A stretch of 64,000 bases of DNA from an uncultured bacterium (GTDB taxonomy: Bacteria > Patescibacteriota > Minisyncoccia > Phycocordibacterales > Phycocordibacteraceae): assembly GCA_963851445.1 (NCBI GenBank), contig CAWKPH010000001.1, forward strand, positions 489,363-553,362, written 5' to 3'. Positions 16,970-27,340 of the stretch are shown here, piece after piece. The notes under the pieces were generated by a model that ran no database searches, was not told the DNA's origin, and saw only the letters and a program-made list of their open reading frames with translations. Within the stretch, counting starts at the first letter, position 1, and every line of letters begins with the position of its first letter. Made by a program: the position numbers and the translations under genes.

Positions 16970-18436
16970 ATGTGTTTTTGGGAGCACTTTTCATACAAGA
17001 AATTTGTCGTTTTGATCGTGGCGACAATAATCGCTGTTGGTACGATCGGCATACTCTCTCCTCGGGTCATTTTCGCTCAGACCACCAATTCCACAAGTGC
17101 ATCCCCGTCCACTTCTCCAAGTTCAGGTGATATCGGGGCAGAGCGTGCGCAGCTCCAAGCACAGCTCAATACACTCGATACAGAGATCGATCAGACTCAG
17201 GCTACGCTTACAACACTTGGTACAGAAGGCAAGAGCCTACAGAATCAGATTGATACACTAACCGCCCAGATTAAAAAATCCCAACTGCAACTTCAAGCGA
17301 CTAAAATTGAGATCCAAGCCCTTGCGAGCAATATTGTTGTGCACGGGAATACTATTAATACTCTTTCCGGCCAATTGAGCGATGAGCAACAATCTCTTGC
17401 ACAGATCATCCGCCAGACGAATGAAATTGATAGCTACTCACTCGTTGAGGTCGCCTTGTCTTCAGAGGATGTCTCAACCTTTTTCGGAGATATCGATTCC
17501 TTTAATGCCATAAACCAGGAATTGAATTCGTCCTATAGTCAGATCACTAATACACGTTCACAAACGGAGAATGAAAAGAATCAGCTCCAGGACCAACAAA
17601 CTCAGCAGGAACAACTAGCGCAAGAAGAAAATCTTGAAGAGCAACAGATTCAAAGCTCCGAAGCCGCAAAACAGCAGCTTCTTTCAGAAAATCAGAGCCA
17701 GACTGCGTCTGTACAAGCAGTGTATAACGTACAGAAACAAAGCATCGCGCAGATTCAGGCAGAACTATTCGCTCTTGCGGGTGGTTCTTCGAACATTTCT
17801 CTTCCTGATGCCATTGCGCTCGCGAAAACAGCAGGAGCTGACACCGGTGTTGATCCTGCACTCATTCTCGGCATCCTTAAACAGGAGACGGACATTGGTC
17901 AGAATGTTGGAGTTACCGGTAGTTGGACCACGGAGATGAGTCCTACGCGCGACCAACCAGTATTCAAAGTCATTATGGCTACCCTTGGTCTTGACCCGGA
18001 TACCGTAAAAGTCTCCAAAGCACAGGGCGACGGTTGGGGTGGGGCAATGGGTCCGGCGCAATTCATCCCTTCGACCTGGGCATGTTACGCAGGCTATATA
18101 AATGTAACAACCGGCTCGTGTGGAAAAGGAACCGATGGTACCTATCTAGGTCCTTGGCAGTATGATCCTTCACAAGACCGTATTGCAAAGCTTGCTGGGC
18201 ACCCCGGCACCCCATCTAATCCATGGAATAACACTGATGCATTCGTCGCAGTCGGCATGCTTATGTCTGACAATGGTGCCGTCATAGGAAATCTTGCCTC
18301 AGAACGCGAAGCGGCTCTTCGCTACTATGCCGGATGGGGTGGTGCGGATAATCCAGCCTATTCTTTCTATGGGGACGACGTCATGGCATTTGCTGCACAA
18401 TTTGAATCAGACATCAATACACTTGCAGGCTCTTAA
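16970..18436 (+). CDS. Membrane-anchored coiled-coil protein with C-terminal lytic transglycosylase (SLT-like) domain
   Basis: N-terminal TM; Q/L-rich coiled coil; C-terminal 'ILGILKQETDIG...GAMGPAQFIPSTWA' resembles the SLT catalytic E ... 'GlMQ' motif. Confidence 0.55.
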   Translation: MCFWEHFSYKKFVVLIVATIIAVGTIGILSPRVIFAQTTNSTSASPSTSPSSGDIGAERAQLQAQLNTLDTEIDQTQATLTTLGTEGKSLQNQIDTLTAQIKKSQLQLQATKIEIQALASNIVVHGNTINTLSGQLSDEQQSLAQIIRQTNEIDSYSLVEVALSSEDVSTFFGDIDSFNAINQELNSSYSQITNTRSQTENEKNQLQDQQTQQEQLAQEENLEEQQIQSSEAAKQQLLSENQSQTASVQAVYNVQKQSIAQIQAELFALAGGSSNISLPDAIALAKTAGADTGVDPALILGILKQETDIGQNVGVTGSWTTEMSPTRDQPVFKVIMATLGLDPDTVKVSKAQGDGWGGAMGPAQFIPSTWACYAGYINVTTGSCGKGTDGTYLGPWQYDPSQDRIAKLAGHPGTPSNPWNNTDAFVAVGMLMSDNGAVIGNLASEREAALRYYAGWGGADNPAYSFYGDDVMAFAAQFESDINTLAGS

Positions 18437-18460
18437 TAAAACTAATTTTTTAAGGAGGTA

Positions 18461-19987
18461 TTGATTATGAAAAAAGAGGAATCAATTTTCCCTCAGGTTA
18501 AACCTCTTGTACTAGGACTTCTCTCGGGAGTACTGCTTTCAGTAGGCTATAGGATTCCTGGTGCCTGGCCGCTTTTATTTATTGCGCTGCTGCCCCTATT
18601 GTTTGGGATATATGCATCAGTTTCGGTTCTCGAAGTCCTGTTCGCGGGTGCTATCGCAGGACTCTTTCTTATGGGGACTGCCACCTTTTGGCTCTTTAAT
18701 TCGCTACCGCTTCCTTTGTCGTACGGTATTGCAGCGCCTTGGATCGGTTTTATAGTGGTAGCAACAAGCTGGCTGCTCGAAATAATTGCGACAGGAATGA
18801 TGGTCGGTATTTGGGCAGTGCTTGTGAGATTCTTAAAACTCAACCGTTTCCTGGATCTAGGTGCAGCTGCCGTACTTTGGGTGTTTGCCGAGTTCGCACG
18901 GATGCTTTCCTACAATCTTTTAACGATTGCTCCGAAAATCAGCAACCCGCCCTTTTTCTCTCCCGGATTTCTTGGCTACCCACTTATGGATAGCGAAAGC
19001 TTTAGACAGATTGCCGCATTTGGCGGCATTTATGCCTGTAGTTTTTTTGTCGTTGCGGTGAATCTTTGTTTTTATTTCTTTTTACGCTACTCAAAAGGAA
19101 GAAAGGGTTACGTCTTTAGTGCAATTCTCGCAAGTATTCTTTTACTCATCTCAATCCTTCCGATTGCGTCTTTTCGAGAAAATTTTGCTCCGAAAACAAC
19201 GCAAACAATACGAGTTGCAATACTTTCGGTGCACGTGCCCCCCTCGCTAGATGAATCTCAGGCAACGACAACGATTGCTGAGCAAGAGCTGAGTTTTGTG
19301 AAAGACGCATCAAACAAGGGAGCCGATATTATCCTATTGCCCGAGGATTCACATCTTTTCGTGCCTTTTACCACATATACCGTTGGAGAGTTCCTTCCTC
19401 CAGGAAGTTCATCAATCGTAACTGACTCCGGCGAAATAATTGCTTCTGACGGAAGTAGGCCCGAGCGCGTATATGAGGATACTATAGAGGGTGTGACGGG
19501 AATACGCGATAAACTAGTGCTCACTCCTCAGGGGGAGTACATTCCCTTACTGTTCTCAGCCCCTCTGAATATTTTAGGGGGGCGTAATGAGTTACAAAAA
19601 TTCGATACATCTCGAGGCTTTACCACTGGAAAGGGAATTGGAATCCCACTTACAAGCAACGGAGCCCAGGCATCCGTACTCTTTTGCCTTGAAGTTATGG
19701 ATCCAGGCCTTGCGCTATCTCTAAAAGAGCACGAAAGGCTGAATCTTATACTCGTACCCGCCTCGCATCTGATTTTTAAGCCCTCAAAGAGTCTTGAACA
19801 AGACACACTTCGGTATGCGCGTGCTCAAGCCGTCGAATCAGAGCTACCTCTGGCTAGTTCAGTCCTTCAGGGCACTGCGTTTGTTCTTGATCCCTATGGA
19901 CGAGAACTTGAAAGTGTTGGTGCGGACGGAAATTCGGGGAGCAAAATCATTACTCTTTTCCTGGCCGCAGGAAACTATAAGGATTGA
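18461..19987 (+). CDS. lnt: Apolipoprotein N-acyltransferase-like protein (polytopic N-terminal domain plus C-N hydrolase domain)
   Basis: Multiple N-terminal TM helices; C-terminal nitrilase-like segments 'IRVAILSVHVPP', 'ADIILLPED', 'VLFCLEVMDPG' (E/K/C triad-like). Confidence 0.55.
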   Translation: MIMKKEESIFPQVKPLVLGLLSGVLLSVGYRIPGAWPLLFIALLPLLFGIYASVSVLEVLFAGAIAGLFLMGTATFWLFNSLPLPLSYGIAAPWIGFIVVATSWLLEIIATGMMVGIWAVLVRFLKLNRFLDLGAAAVLWVFAEFARMLSYNLLTIAPKISNPPFFSPGFLGYPLMDSESFRQIAAFGGIYACSFFVVAVNLCFYFFLRYSKGRKGYVFSAILASILLLISILPIASFRENFAPKTTQTIRVAILSVHVPPSLDESQATTTIAEQELSFVKDASNKGADIILLPEDSHLFVPFTTYTVGEFLPPGSSSIVTDSGEIIASDGSRPERVYEDTIEGVTGIRDKLVLTPQGEYIPLLFSAPLNILGGRNELQKFDTSRGFTTGKGIGIPLTSNGAQASVLFCLEVMDPGLALSLKEHERLNLILVPASHLIFKPSKSLEQDTLRYARAQAVESELPLASSVLQGTAFVLDPYGRELESVGADGNSGSKIITLFLAAGNYKD

Positions 19988-20117
19988 AAAACGTCTAAAA
20001 AGGCAAATACAAAACAACCTAGCACAAACAGAAAGTAATGATTCATTCCTTGGGATGGATTGTTACCTTATACACACCCAACCATCCGAGAATTCGGTTT
20101 CTTGCTATACTAAACCC

Positions 20118-22928
20118 ATGAAAATAGAACCCTTTGCAAGACTCTCCTCCCGCGTGCTTCTATCACTTTTATTCCTCTCAACCTTATTCATCCACACACC
20201 CACCACATTTGCATACACCTTCACCTCTCCCATGGGGGTTGGCTCCACAGGAGAGGAGGTTGTCCAGCTCCAGACTGTTCTTGTTGCCGATGGGTTCCTC
20301 GCTGGTAAATATAAAACAGCCTATTACGGCTATCTTACCCAAGATGCAGTGAAGCAATACCAAATTGTCTACAATATCACCCCTGCAGATGGAAACGTCG
20401 GCACAGCAACTCTCGCCGCTCTCAATAGTGGAGAAGGGGTTCCAGGAGCACCACCAAGTACTTCTGTCCCCACCTCTCCGACCGTCACTCTCTCCATATC
20501 TCCACCTTCCATAACCTCAGGAAGTTCTGCCACCATCTCCTGGACTTCTACCAACGCGACCTCCTGCATTACCAGCGGCTTCTCAGGAAGCGGTACGAGT
20601 GGCTCAGCTAGCGTATCTCCAACCACCTCCACAACTTACTCTGTCACCTGCATGGGATCAGAAGGAAGCGCTACCGGATCAGCCACCATATCAGAACCAT
20701 TGACTGTGACTCCAGCCACTGTACAAACCCCAACGGTTTCTCTCACCGCATCACCAACCTCTATAACTTCAGGGGGATCTTCAACCCTTACGTGGAGCAG
20801 CACTAATGCAAGCTCATGTGTGGCTACCGGCTTCACTGGTACCGCTACCACCGGCTCGGCTACTGTCTCGCCAACCACTTCAACCACCTATTCCATCACC
20901 TGTACGGGAACGGGAGGAAGTGCGACAGGGTCGGCTACGGTATCGGTGACAGCTACCACTCCAGCCCCAACGGTTTCTCTCACCGCATCACCAACCTCTA
21001 TAACTTCAGGGGGATCTTCAACCCTTACGTGGAGCAGCACTAATGCAAGCTCATGTGTGGCTACCGGCTTCACTGGTACCGCTACCACCGGCTCGGCTAC
21101 TGTCTCGCCAACCACTTCAACCACCTATTCCATCACCTGTACGGGAACGGGAGGAAGTGCGACAGGGTCGGCTACGGTATCGGTGACAGCTACCACTCCA
21201 GCCCCAACGGTTTCTCTCACCGCATCACCAACCTCTATAACTTCAGGGGGATCTTCAACCCTTACGTGGAGCAGCACTAATGCAAGCTCATGTGTGGCTA
21301 CCGGCTTCACTGGTACCGCTACCACCGGCTCGGCTACTGTCTCGCCAACCACTTCAACCACCTATTCCATCACCTGTACGGGAACGGGAGGAAGTGCGAC
21401 AGGGTCGGCTACGGTATCGGTGACCACATCTGGCCCCCCTAATCCATCAATTCCTCCGATCTTGAACTTCAGCTCTCTCAACTGTCCTTCAGCTCCTGCG
21501 TCTTTCACCACTGCTTTTTATGTGGATCCGAATGCCGCTTCCTCTGGACAAAACGGCTCACAAAGTCATCCATGGACCTCACTTGCTACTGTCCTCTCCA
21601 CTCAAGTAGGTGGCTCAGGCCCTGTTCAGCCCGGCGACGTCATCTATCTTAACTCTGGCAACTACGGCGACGTCACCATTACGAACGTAAACAATGCCTT
21701 CATCGGCCTCGAGGCGGCATCTGGACAAACACCGGTCTTCCACACGCTCACCGTAAATGGTGCTCGCTATTGGTATATTCACGGAATAAAGATTCAGCCG
21801 GGACCTGAAACTGGCCCCAATCATTGGATTGTAACTATAACCCCTAACGGTCAATCGCTTCCCGTGAACAATATTATCCTCGATGGCAACACTATCTCCA
21901 CCGTAGATAGCACTCAGGGTTGGACCACGACTCAGTGGCAGACTCAGATGGCAAATGGATTACATTTGGACATGAATGGCTACACCGGCTCAGGTTGCGT
22001 TGAAGTGACCAATAACGCGATTTCTAATGTAACCTATGGTTCTAATTTCGGCATCGATAACAGCCTCTTCTCTGGTAACACCATCAACAACTTCGGCGAC
22101 GATGCACTCGACTTCACTGGGTACAACAATCTCTTCATGACGAATAACACTTTCACCAACAGTAATAATGATGGTGATGGCAACCACGAAGATTTCTTCC
22201 AAGGTTACACAGCTGGAGAGCGTCCTGTCATAGCGCACAGCAATATCCTTATAAGTGGCAACACGCTCATCCGCCAGACCGGCGCGACCGGTAGCCCAGG
22301 TGTTACGGCATTCCCAGCAAATATTCAGGGTATCGATATCTTTGATGGTCAAACTGTTCCTTGGAATAACGTGCAAGTTCTTGGCAACACCATCATAACA
22401 AGTTCGTACTGGGGCATTGGACTTCTTGACACTGATAGTGGTTTGATTGCAAATAATACTGTTCTTGATGATGGATCCAATGTGGCGGGTACCAACGGAC
22501 AGTTGTGGATACAAGCGGGAACCGACGGGGATTGCGGAGTCACAACCACGCCGACGGTAACCGTAGAGAACAATATTGCGCCCATACTGTATCAAAAAGA
22601 ACCAACTGCAAAATTCACCCATAACTTTGGAACTCAATCAGCACATTGTGTGAATGGCTCTGAAGCTTACGACAACAACACCGGACCGAATTGGACCAAC
22701 AACGTAATTGATTCGAATTTACTCTCGTACCTTCCAGGTTACCATCCAACAAGCTACCAATTCAATGTGACGCCTGCCGCAGGTAGCCCTGCCGCAAACT
22801 ACGGTGTGACTGCACCAACAACTCTCGTTTCCGAAAGCACTACCCTCAATCGCTCTACACTCCTTGCTTCGGTCGGAGCTGGTATTGCGGAGCTCATTCA
22901 GACACTCAACAATTTGCTTCATGAGTAA
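20118..22928 (+). CDS. Secreted/surface protein with peptidoglycan-binding domain, four Ig-like S/T-rich repeats and C-terminal parallel beta-helix domain
   Basis: Signal peptide 'MKIEPFARLSSRVLLSLLFLSTLFIHTPTTFA'; PG_binding_1-like 'GSTGEEVVQLQTVLVADGFLAGKYKTAYYGYLTQDAVKQYQ'; 79-aa repeats; beta-helix 'NNAISNVTYGSNFGIDNSLFSGNTINNFGDDALDFTGYNNLFMTNNTF'. The ORF-track start at 19794 overlaps the lnt-like gene; ATG at 20118 is preferred. Confidence 0.7.
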   Translation: MKIEPFARLSSRVLLSLLFLSTLFIHTPTTFAYTFTSPMGVGSTGEEVVQLQTVLVADGFLAGKYKTAYYGYLTQDAVKQYQIVYNITPADGNVGTATLAALNSGEGVPGAPPSTSVPTSPTVTLSISPPSITSGSSATISWTSTNATSCITSGFSGSGTSGSASVSPTTSTTYSVTCMGSEGSATGSATISEPLTVTPATVQTPTVSLTASPTSITSGGSSTLTWSSTNASSCVATGFTGTATTGSATVSPTTSTTYSITCTGTGGSATGSATVSVTATTPAPTVSLTASPTSITSGGSSTLTWSSTNASSCVATGFTGTATTGSATVSPTTSTTYSITCTGTGGSATGSATVSVTATTPAPTVSLTASPTSITSGGSSTLTWSSTNASSCVATGFTGTATTGSATVSPTTSTTYSITCTGTGGSATGSATVSVTTSGPPNPSIPPILNFSSLNCPSAPASFTTAFYVDPNAASSGQNGSQSHPWTSLATVLSTQVGGSGPVQPGDVIYLNSGNYGDVTITNVNNAFIGLEAASGQTPVFHTLTVNGARYWYIHGIKIQPGPETGPNHWIVTITPNGQSLPVNNIILDGNTISTVDSTQGWTTTQWQTQMANGLHLDMNGYTGSGCVEVTNNAISNVTYGSNFGIDNSLFSGNTINNFGDDALDFTGYNNLFMTNNTFTNSNNDGDGNHEDFFQGYTAGERPVIAHSNILISGNTLIRQTGATGSPGVTAFPANIQGIDIFDGQTVPWNNVQVLGNTIITSSYWGIGLLDTDSGLIANNTVLDDGSNVAGTNGQLWIQAGTDGDCGVTTTPTVTVENNIAPILYQKEPTAKFTHNFGTQSAHCVNGSEAYDNNTGPNWTNNVIDSNLLSYLPGYHPTSYQFNVTPAAGSPAANYGVTAPTTLVSESTTLNRSTLLASVGAGIAELIQTLNNLLHE
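20730..21440. repeat. Three near-identical 237-bp direct tandem repeats (each encoding a 79-aa Ig-like S/T-rich module), plus a diverged copy upstream at ~20480-20729
   Basis: Repeat anchor 'ccaacggtttc' at 20730, 20967, 21204 (period 237). Antisense ORFs 20888..21124 and 21125..21361 have identical translations; 20816..21043 and 21053..21280 are likewise identical. Confidence 0.9.
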
Positions 22929-23154
22929 AGAGCTACAGAGGTACAGGCGACCAAGCATGTGAACGCGGTAACGCGCGTCGTGGGAGTTGTTTGTGCTGCG
23001 GCAAAATACATCACGTCGCATCCTATGCCTTTAGGGGGGTCGTTCCTATGCTTTGACGGCGCCCTCAATTCCTAAACGTCAGGAAGAAAAGTGAAGGAAT
23101 ATGTTATCCACATCTTACCTTATATCTACTTAAGCCATGCTAAAGTGGAGAGAC

Positions 23155-24621
23155 ATGGGAGTACGAAAGGTTGTCTCATTACTAACTACAGGAGCTTTCT
23201 TGGTGTCGCTCTCTTTTCTTCCTTTGGCTACTTTAGCAGCGATTCCCGCAAGTTCTGCAGTGACATCAACTACGCCGCTTACCGTTGCAGAAATGGCTGG
23301 AATGATTCATGTAAGTTCTACGGCCACATCGACTCAGGCACTCCCATCTTGTTTTGACTACTACACGTTCGGTTCTGTGCCGGTAGTGCTTAGCTCAAGC
23401 CTATCAAGTGTGATTGAGGGAACACCCCTTTCTGTTACCGCAAGCATTGAAAACAAGAATAACTATCCAATCGTTGATGCTGCTCTCTATATACGGGTGT
23501 TTAAGGAACCGCTTAGTACCACAAAAAATGTGAACGGACCAGATGTGGTGGACTTCTTTCCGGTGGCACAAAACATATCACTTAAAGCCAATCAACAGGA
23601 AGAAATGAGTTTCACCTGGAATGTTCCTTCGGATGCTGACTCAGGTAATTATGAAATGGTGCCGTTCGTAGTACAGGACAGCCGTTTCAATTTCTTAGGG
23701 CTAACATTTACGGACGATATCACAGGTCCTCCGCTCAATTTCAGCATAACGAATACTGAGGTGAACGGCGGTATACGCTTTGATCGCACCGATGCCACAC
23801 TCAACGGGCAACCTTACTACTTCGCGGCATACAGCCCGATCATTGCGGCAAATGTACATGATGTACCGGTAACGCTTTCGGTCAATAATACGACAAATAC
23901 TCCGTATTCAGGGCAAGTTACCTGGAGTCTCTATTATTGGGACGGATTAAAGCCCGGCTCGATGCTCTCGCAAAGCAGCGAAGCGATCAGTGTAGGTTCA
24001 GGAGCATCGACAACGGCAAGCTATACGGTTACTGATGAGGCACACTCGGTCTATTACCTGACTGCAGAATTAAGCACAAAAGGCGGCTCGAAATCAATCG
24101 CAGCAGTGCGATTTGTACGCGCGGGTGTAAATGAGCCGCGACTAAGCTCAGTGGACGTCTCTGGGTATCCTCTTGCTCCCGGATCGGTTGCTTTTGCGTG
24201 TTTCCACAGCGCTGGATCGAGCCCAGCCGGGAATGTCGAAGTTAAGCTTGCGGTAAAGACGATTCCATTTCTAGGCATTTCTTGGCCACTTGCATCCCGT
24301 TCTTATAGCGGCGACGCTCCTGGTAACCTCGTTGCTTTAACCATTCCAGTTGCAAGTACCTATGACTCATTTGAGCTCGTTGCAACGCTCTTTCAGAACG
24401 GGAACCAGATTGATCAGGTTACGGTGCCCTACAGCTGTAGTGTTCTTGGATCGTCATGTAAAGGAAGTATAATCCCGATAGTGATTGCAGTAGTTGTAGC
24501 CATTCTTGTAATACTTCTTCTCGTAATTGTTCTGATTCTGGTTAGGAAGCATAAAAAAAGAAATACCATGGCATCGATATCCAGCAGTCTTCCCGTAAAT
24601 CCTACCCAGCCACCTGTATGA
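23155..24621 (+). CDS. Secreted hypothetical protein with N-terminal signal peptide and C-terminal TM anchor plus basic tail
   Basis: N-terminal 'VVSLLTTGAFLVSLSFLPLATLAA'; C-terminal 'IIPIVIAVVVAILVILLLVIVLILVRKHKKRN'. No LPXTG motif was seen. Confidence 0.5.
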   Translation: MGVRKVVSLLTTGAFLVSLSFLPLATLAAIPASSAVTSTTPLTVAEMAGMIHVSSTATSTQALPSCFDYYTFGSVPVVLSSSLSSVIEGTPLSVTASIENKNNYPIVDAALYIRVFKEPLSTTKNVNGPDVVDFFPVAQNISLKANQQEEMSFTWNVPSDADSGNYEMVPFVVQDSRFNFLGLTFTDDITGPPLNFSITNTEVNGGIRFDRTDATLNGQPYYFAAYSPIIAANVHDVPVTLSVNNTTNTPYSGQVTWSLYYWDGLKPGSMLSQSSEAISVGSGASTTASYTVTDEAHSVYYLTAELSTKGGSKSIAAVRFVRAGVNEPRLSSVDVSGYPLAPGSVAFACFHSAGSSPAGNVEVKLAVKTIPFLGISWPLASRSYSGDAPGNLVALTIPVASTYDSFELVATLFQNGNQIDQVTVPYSCSVLGSSCKGSIIPIVIAVVVAILVILLLVIVLILVRKHKKRNTMASISSSLPVNPTQPPV

Positions 24622-26987
24622 AAAAATTATCATCTGCCACGAAATCACGAATTGGGCTTGCCCTGCTCGTTCTCGTTCTCTTAATAGGCGCAGGCTTTGC
24701 ACCTAACCTAGCGCATGCTTTGTCGGGCGGTATTACTATTGGCGGCGGCGGTGTCACCCTTCCAAGTTGTTTCGTGAGTGGAGAGTTGGGGACTCCAAAC
24801 AATTGTGATTCCAACATAACCATTACGCCGGGAAGCCAGTCCAACCCTGTCACCGTGCAAGGACAGTATCAGCTAAACGTTCAAGTTCCCACGGATCTTT
24901 GGTATGCGTTTAATCGTGCCCTGGGTACTTCACCAAGCTCTGATACAGAAATGTTGGGGTATGTCGATGGATTAAGTCAGCCGAACGTAACCATAGGATA
25001 CGATCTTTCCGTACTCGAAGTTAATGGCGCAAGTACCACGCCTGTAGCTCCTTCTTCGAATATACCAGAGGGCCAAACCCTGGAGCTCGTATTTGCTCCA
25101 CTAGTTGACCAGAATATTGGATGGTTCGGCACAGGATATTCGATGGATTCGCCCTATGGTAATTGGGATCCAGGGGTGGTAGCGCCGGCACGTGTTAATG
25201 ATTCAGAAGGAATTGATCAGGTCTCTTGCGACCTAAATGACTTTTTGAATTACACCACACTTTCGATAGGTGGTTTAAGTGCTGGTTACGGTGTATACAT
25301 ACCCTTTGAAGTAAGTCCGCCAACTCGAACGGTTAGCAACTTATCGGGGTTAAGTTGCAATCAGGGAGTAACGCAATCAAATAGTGCCACATCTTCAATC
25401 ATATATACCTGTACCGCCTCTAACATTCCGCAAACCATCAATCCAAGCTTCAATTTCTCGAATACCTACGGTGAATTTTATTACAGATATTCTGATCCCG
25501 GGTATTGGCCAGGCGACTCCGCCGGATGCTACGGGAACAATATTCCAATGACTGGAGTTTATGGTACCCCCACCGCGAACGGGAACTCGACGAGCACAAG
25601 CGCATTACCTGGTGGGGATCTCATACCTGGGGCTGTCATATTAGGAAGCACCACCACACCGTCCACCGATATACAACCAGCATACAAGGTTATAATTCCA
25701 TCTGATTCTATTCCGTATCCGCTTACTATAGTTGCGCCAACTGGCGCTCCAACCCCACCAGTAATTACTGGTCCAAAAACGGGTACTGTCGGTACTGCCT
25801 ATACGTATAGCTTTACGGGTGCTGATTCGTCCGGAGACCCTATACGCTACGGCGTTGACTGGACCGATATTGGTACTGCGCAAACGTACTTACCATCATT
25901 TACCGGGAGTGTTGTTTCGAGCACCACGCAGTCATATCTATACCCAGGATGGGGTACTGCCGGTACTTATACTTTCGAGGCATTTACAGAAGATGCAAGC
26001 ACGAGTGAGAAATCTGCCTGGGCCTCATATACCGTTGTCATCACTGCTCCAGAACCTGACCTCACCGCCTCTGACGTTACCCCCTCAACCGCGATAGCTG
26101 GTGCGGCAACTACCCTCGGTGCCACCATAAGCAATTCAAATTCAACGACAACATCAGAAGCGTTTCCAGATCTTTTCCAGGTTGCAACAAGTGTGGCAGG
26201 TGAAAGCAACCCGGCTTGGAAAGCAACATTCTCGAATCCTAAACTTGCCGCAAGCAAAACAACACACGCAACGACGGTATACACTTTTGCTTCAGCCGGT
26301 ACCTATTACGTACGAGCGTGTGCTAATGAGAATATTTCTGGAACGAATATTGTGGACGAATCAAATTATGGCAATAATTGTAGTCCTACATGGACAAAGG
26401 TTACGGTCTCCTCATCTCCTTCTTCAGCGTCGGTTAGCTGCAGCGTAAGTAGTGGTAATCCTCCAATTGGCACCCCTGTTACATACACCGCAACAGCTTC
26501 TGGAACCGTGACAACCCCATATACCTGGACTGGTTCGAATCTGGTCATGTGTAAAGCAAGCACAAGTGCGACGAAGGTCTGTACATATACAATTGCGGGC
26601 AATGAAACAATGTCCGTTAAAGGTGCAAATACTGTTGCAGCAAGTTGCTCACCAGTTGCAGTTGGCGATGGCTCTTGTGGCACCGCCACTCCTACCATCA
26701 CCGCTAGTCCAAACCTTGTAAATCCTAATGACCCGTCGAAAAATTCTTCAACTCTCACGTTTAGCGCCACTGATAATGTGAACACTTCATGTATCCTTAG
26801 TGACCCCACGGGGCCGATCCCAGGCCAGACTTATGATGCGACTTCCTGTGATCTTCCGGGCACTCCTCCGTATACGCTCGTGGTTACGCCGACTACCCAA
26901 ACCAAATACTGCTTCACCTGCGATGGAGATACTGCAATGCAAGCATGCGCAGTTGTAAATGTTGTCCCAGGTGTTACGGAGTTCTAG
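24618..26987 (+). CDS. Large secreted hypothetical protein (S/T/G-rich, likely cell-surface)
   Basis: Signal peptide 'MKKLSSATKSRIGLALLVLVLLIGAGFAPNLAHA'. Start overlaps the previous stop by 4 nt, indicating an operon with the two upstream surface-protein genes. Confidence 0.55.
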   Translation: MKKLSSATKSRIGLALLVLVLLIGAGFAPNLAHALSGGITIGGGGVTLPSCFVSGELGTPNNCDSNITITPGSQSNPVTVQGQYQLNVQVPTDLWYAFNRALGTSPSSDTEMLGYVDGLSQPNVTIGYDLSVLEVNGASTTPVAPSSNIPEGQTLELVFAPLVDQNIGWFGTGYSMDSPYGNWDPGVVAPARVNDSEGIDQVSCDLNDFLNYTTLSIGGLSAGYGVYIPFEVSPPTRTVSNLSGLSCNQGVTQSNSATSSIIYTCTASNIPQTINPSFNFSNTYGEFYYRYSDPGYWPGDSAGCYGNNIPMTGVYGTPTANGNSTSTSALPGGDLIPGAVILGSTTTPSTDIQPAYKVIIPSDSIPYPLTIVAPTGAPTPPVITGPKTGTVGTAYTYSFTGADSSGDPIRYGVDWTDIGTAQTYLPSFTGSVVSSTTQSYLYPGWGTAGTYTFEAFTEDASTSEKSAWASYTVVITAPEPDLTASDVTPSTAIAGAATTLGATISNSNSTTTSEAFPDLFQVATSVAGESNPAWKATFSNPKLAASKTTHATTVYTFASAGTYYVRACANENISGTNIVDESNYGNNCSPTWTKVTVSSSPSSASVSCSVSSGNPPIGTPVTYTATASGTVTTPYTWTGSNLVMCKASTSATKVCTYTIAGNETMSVKGANTVAASCSPVAVGDGSCGTATPTITASPNLVNPNDPSKNSSTLTFSATDNVNTSCILSDPTGPIPGQTYDATSCDLPGTPPYTLVVTPTTQTKYCFTCDGDTAMQACAVVNVVPGVTEF

Positions 26988-27058
26988 GTCTAGGATAGTG
27001 TAGTAAAAAGTAAGACTGCGTATTGCAGAACCTCGTCTTTCTTGTTATAGTGCGCCCA

Positions 27059-27319
27059 ATGAAAAAGGACACTCATCCGGTCGATTACCGCCAAGTAATT
27101 TTCGAAGATATGTCTTCGGGATCACAATTCCTGACTGGTTCGACAATACGTACCACTGAGACGGGGAAGTTCAAAGAGGATGGTAAGGAATACCCCAAGG
27201 TGACTGTCGAGATATCGAGCAAATCACACCCATTTTATACAGGTGAGGATCGCACGCTTGATAAGACTGGCCGCGTCGAGAAGTTCAAGCAGAGGGCTGC
27301 AGCAGCGAAGAAGAAATAG
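27059..27319 (+). CDS. rpmE: 50S ribosomal protein L31
   Basis: 'MKKDTHPVDYRQVIF...TVEISSKSHPFYTG' matches the L31 family. Confidence 0.8.
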   Translation: MKKDTHPVDYRQVIFEDMSSGSQFLTGSTIRTTETGKFKEDGKEYPKVTVEISSKSHPFYTGEDRTLDKTGRVEKFKQRAAAAKKK

Positions 27320-27340
27320 AGATCAACCGATAATGCGCTT

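Noticed and set aside
19794-20117. Upstream extension of the surface-protein ORF overlapping the lnt-like gene
   Set aside because: The signal peptide begins at the internal Met (20118). The extension overlaps 190 nt of the upstream gene in another frame.
20636-21361. Three consecutive 78-83-aa ORFs on the minus strand (20636..20887, 20888..21124, 21125..21361), two with identical translations
   Set aside because: They are the antisense image of the 237-bp tandem repeats inside the + strand surface-protein gene. They are V/A/P/E-rich with no start context, and are explained entirely by the repeat.
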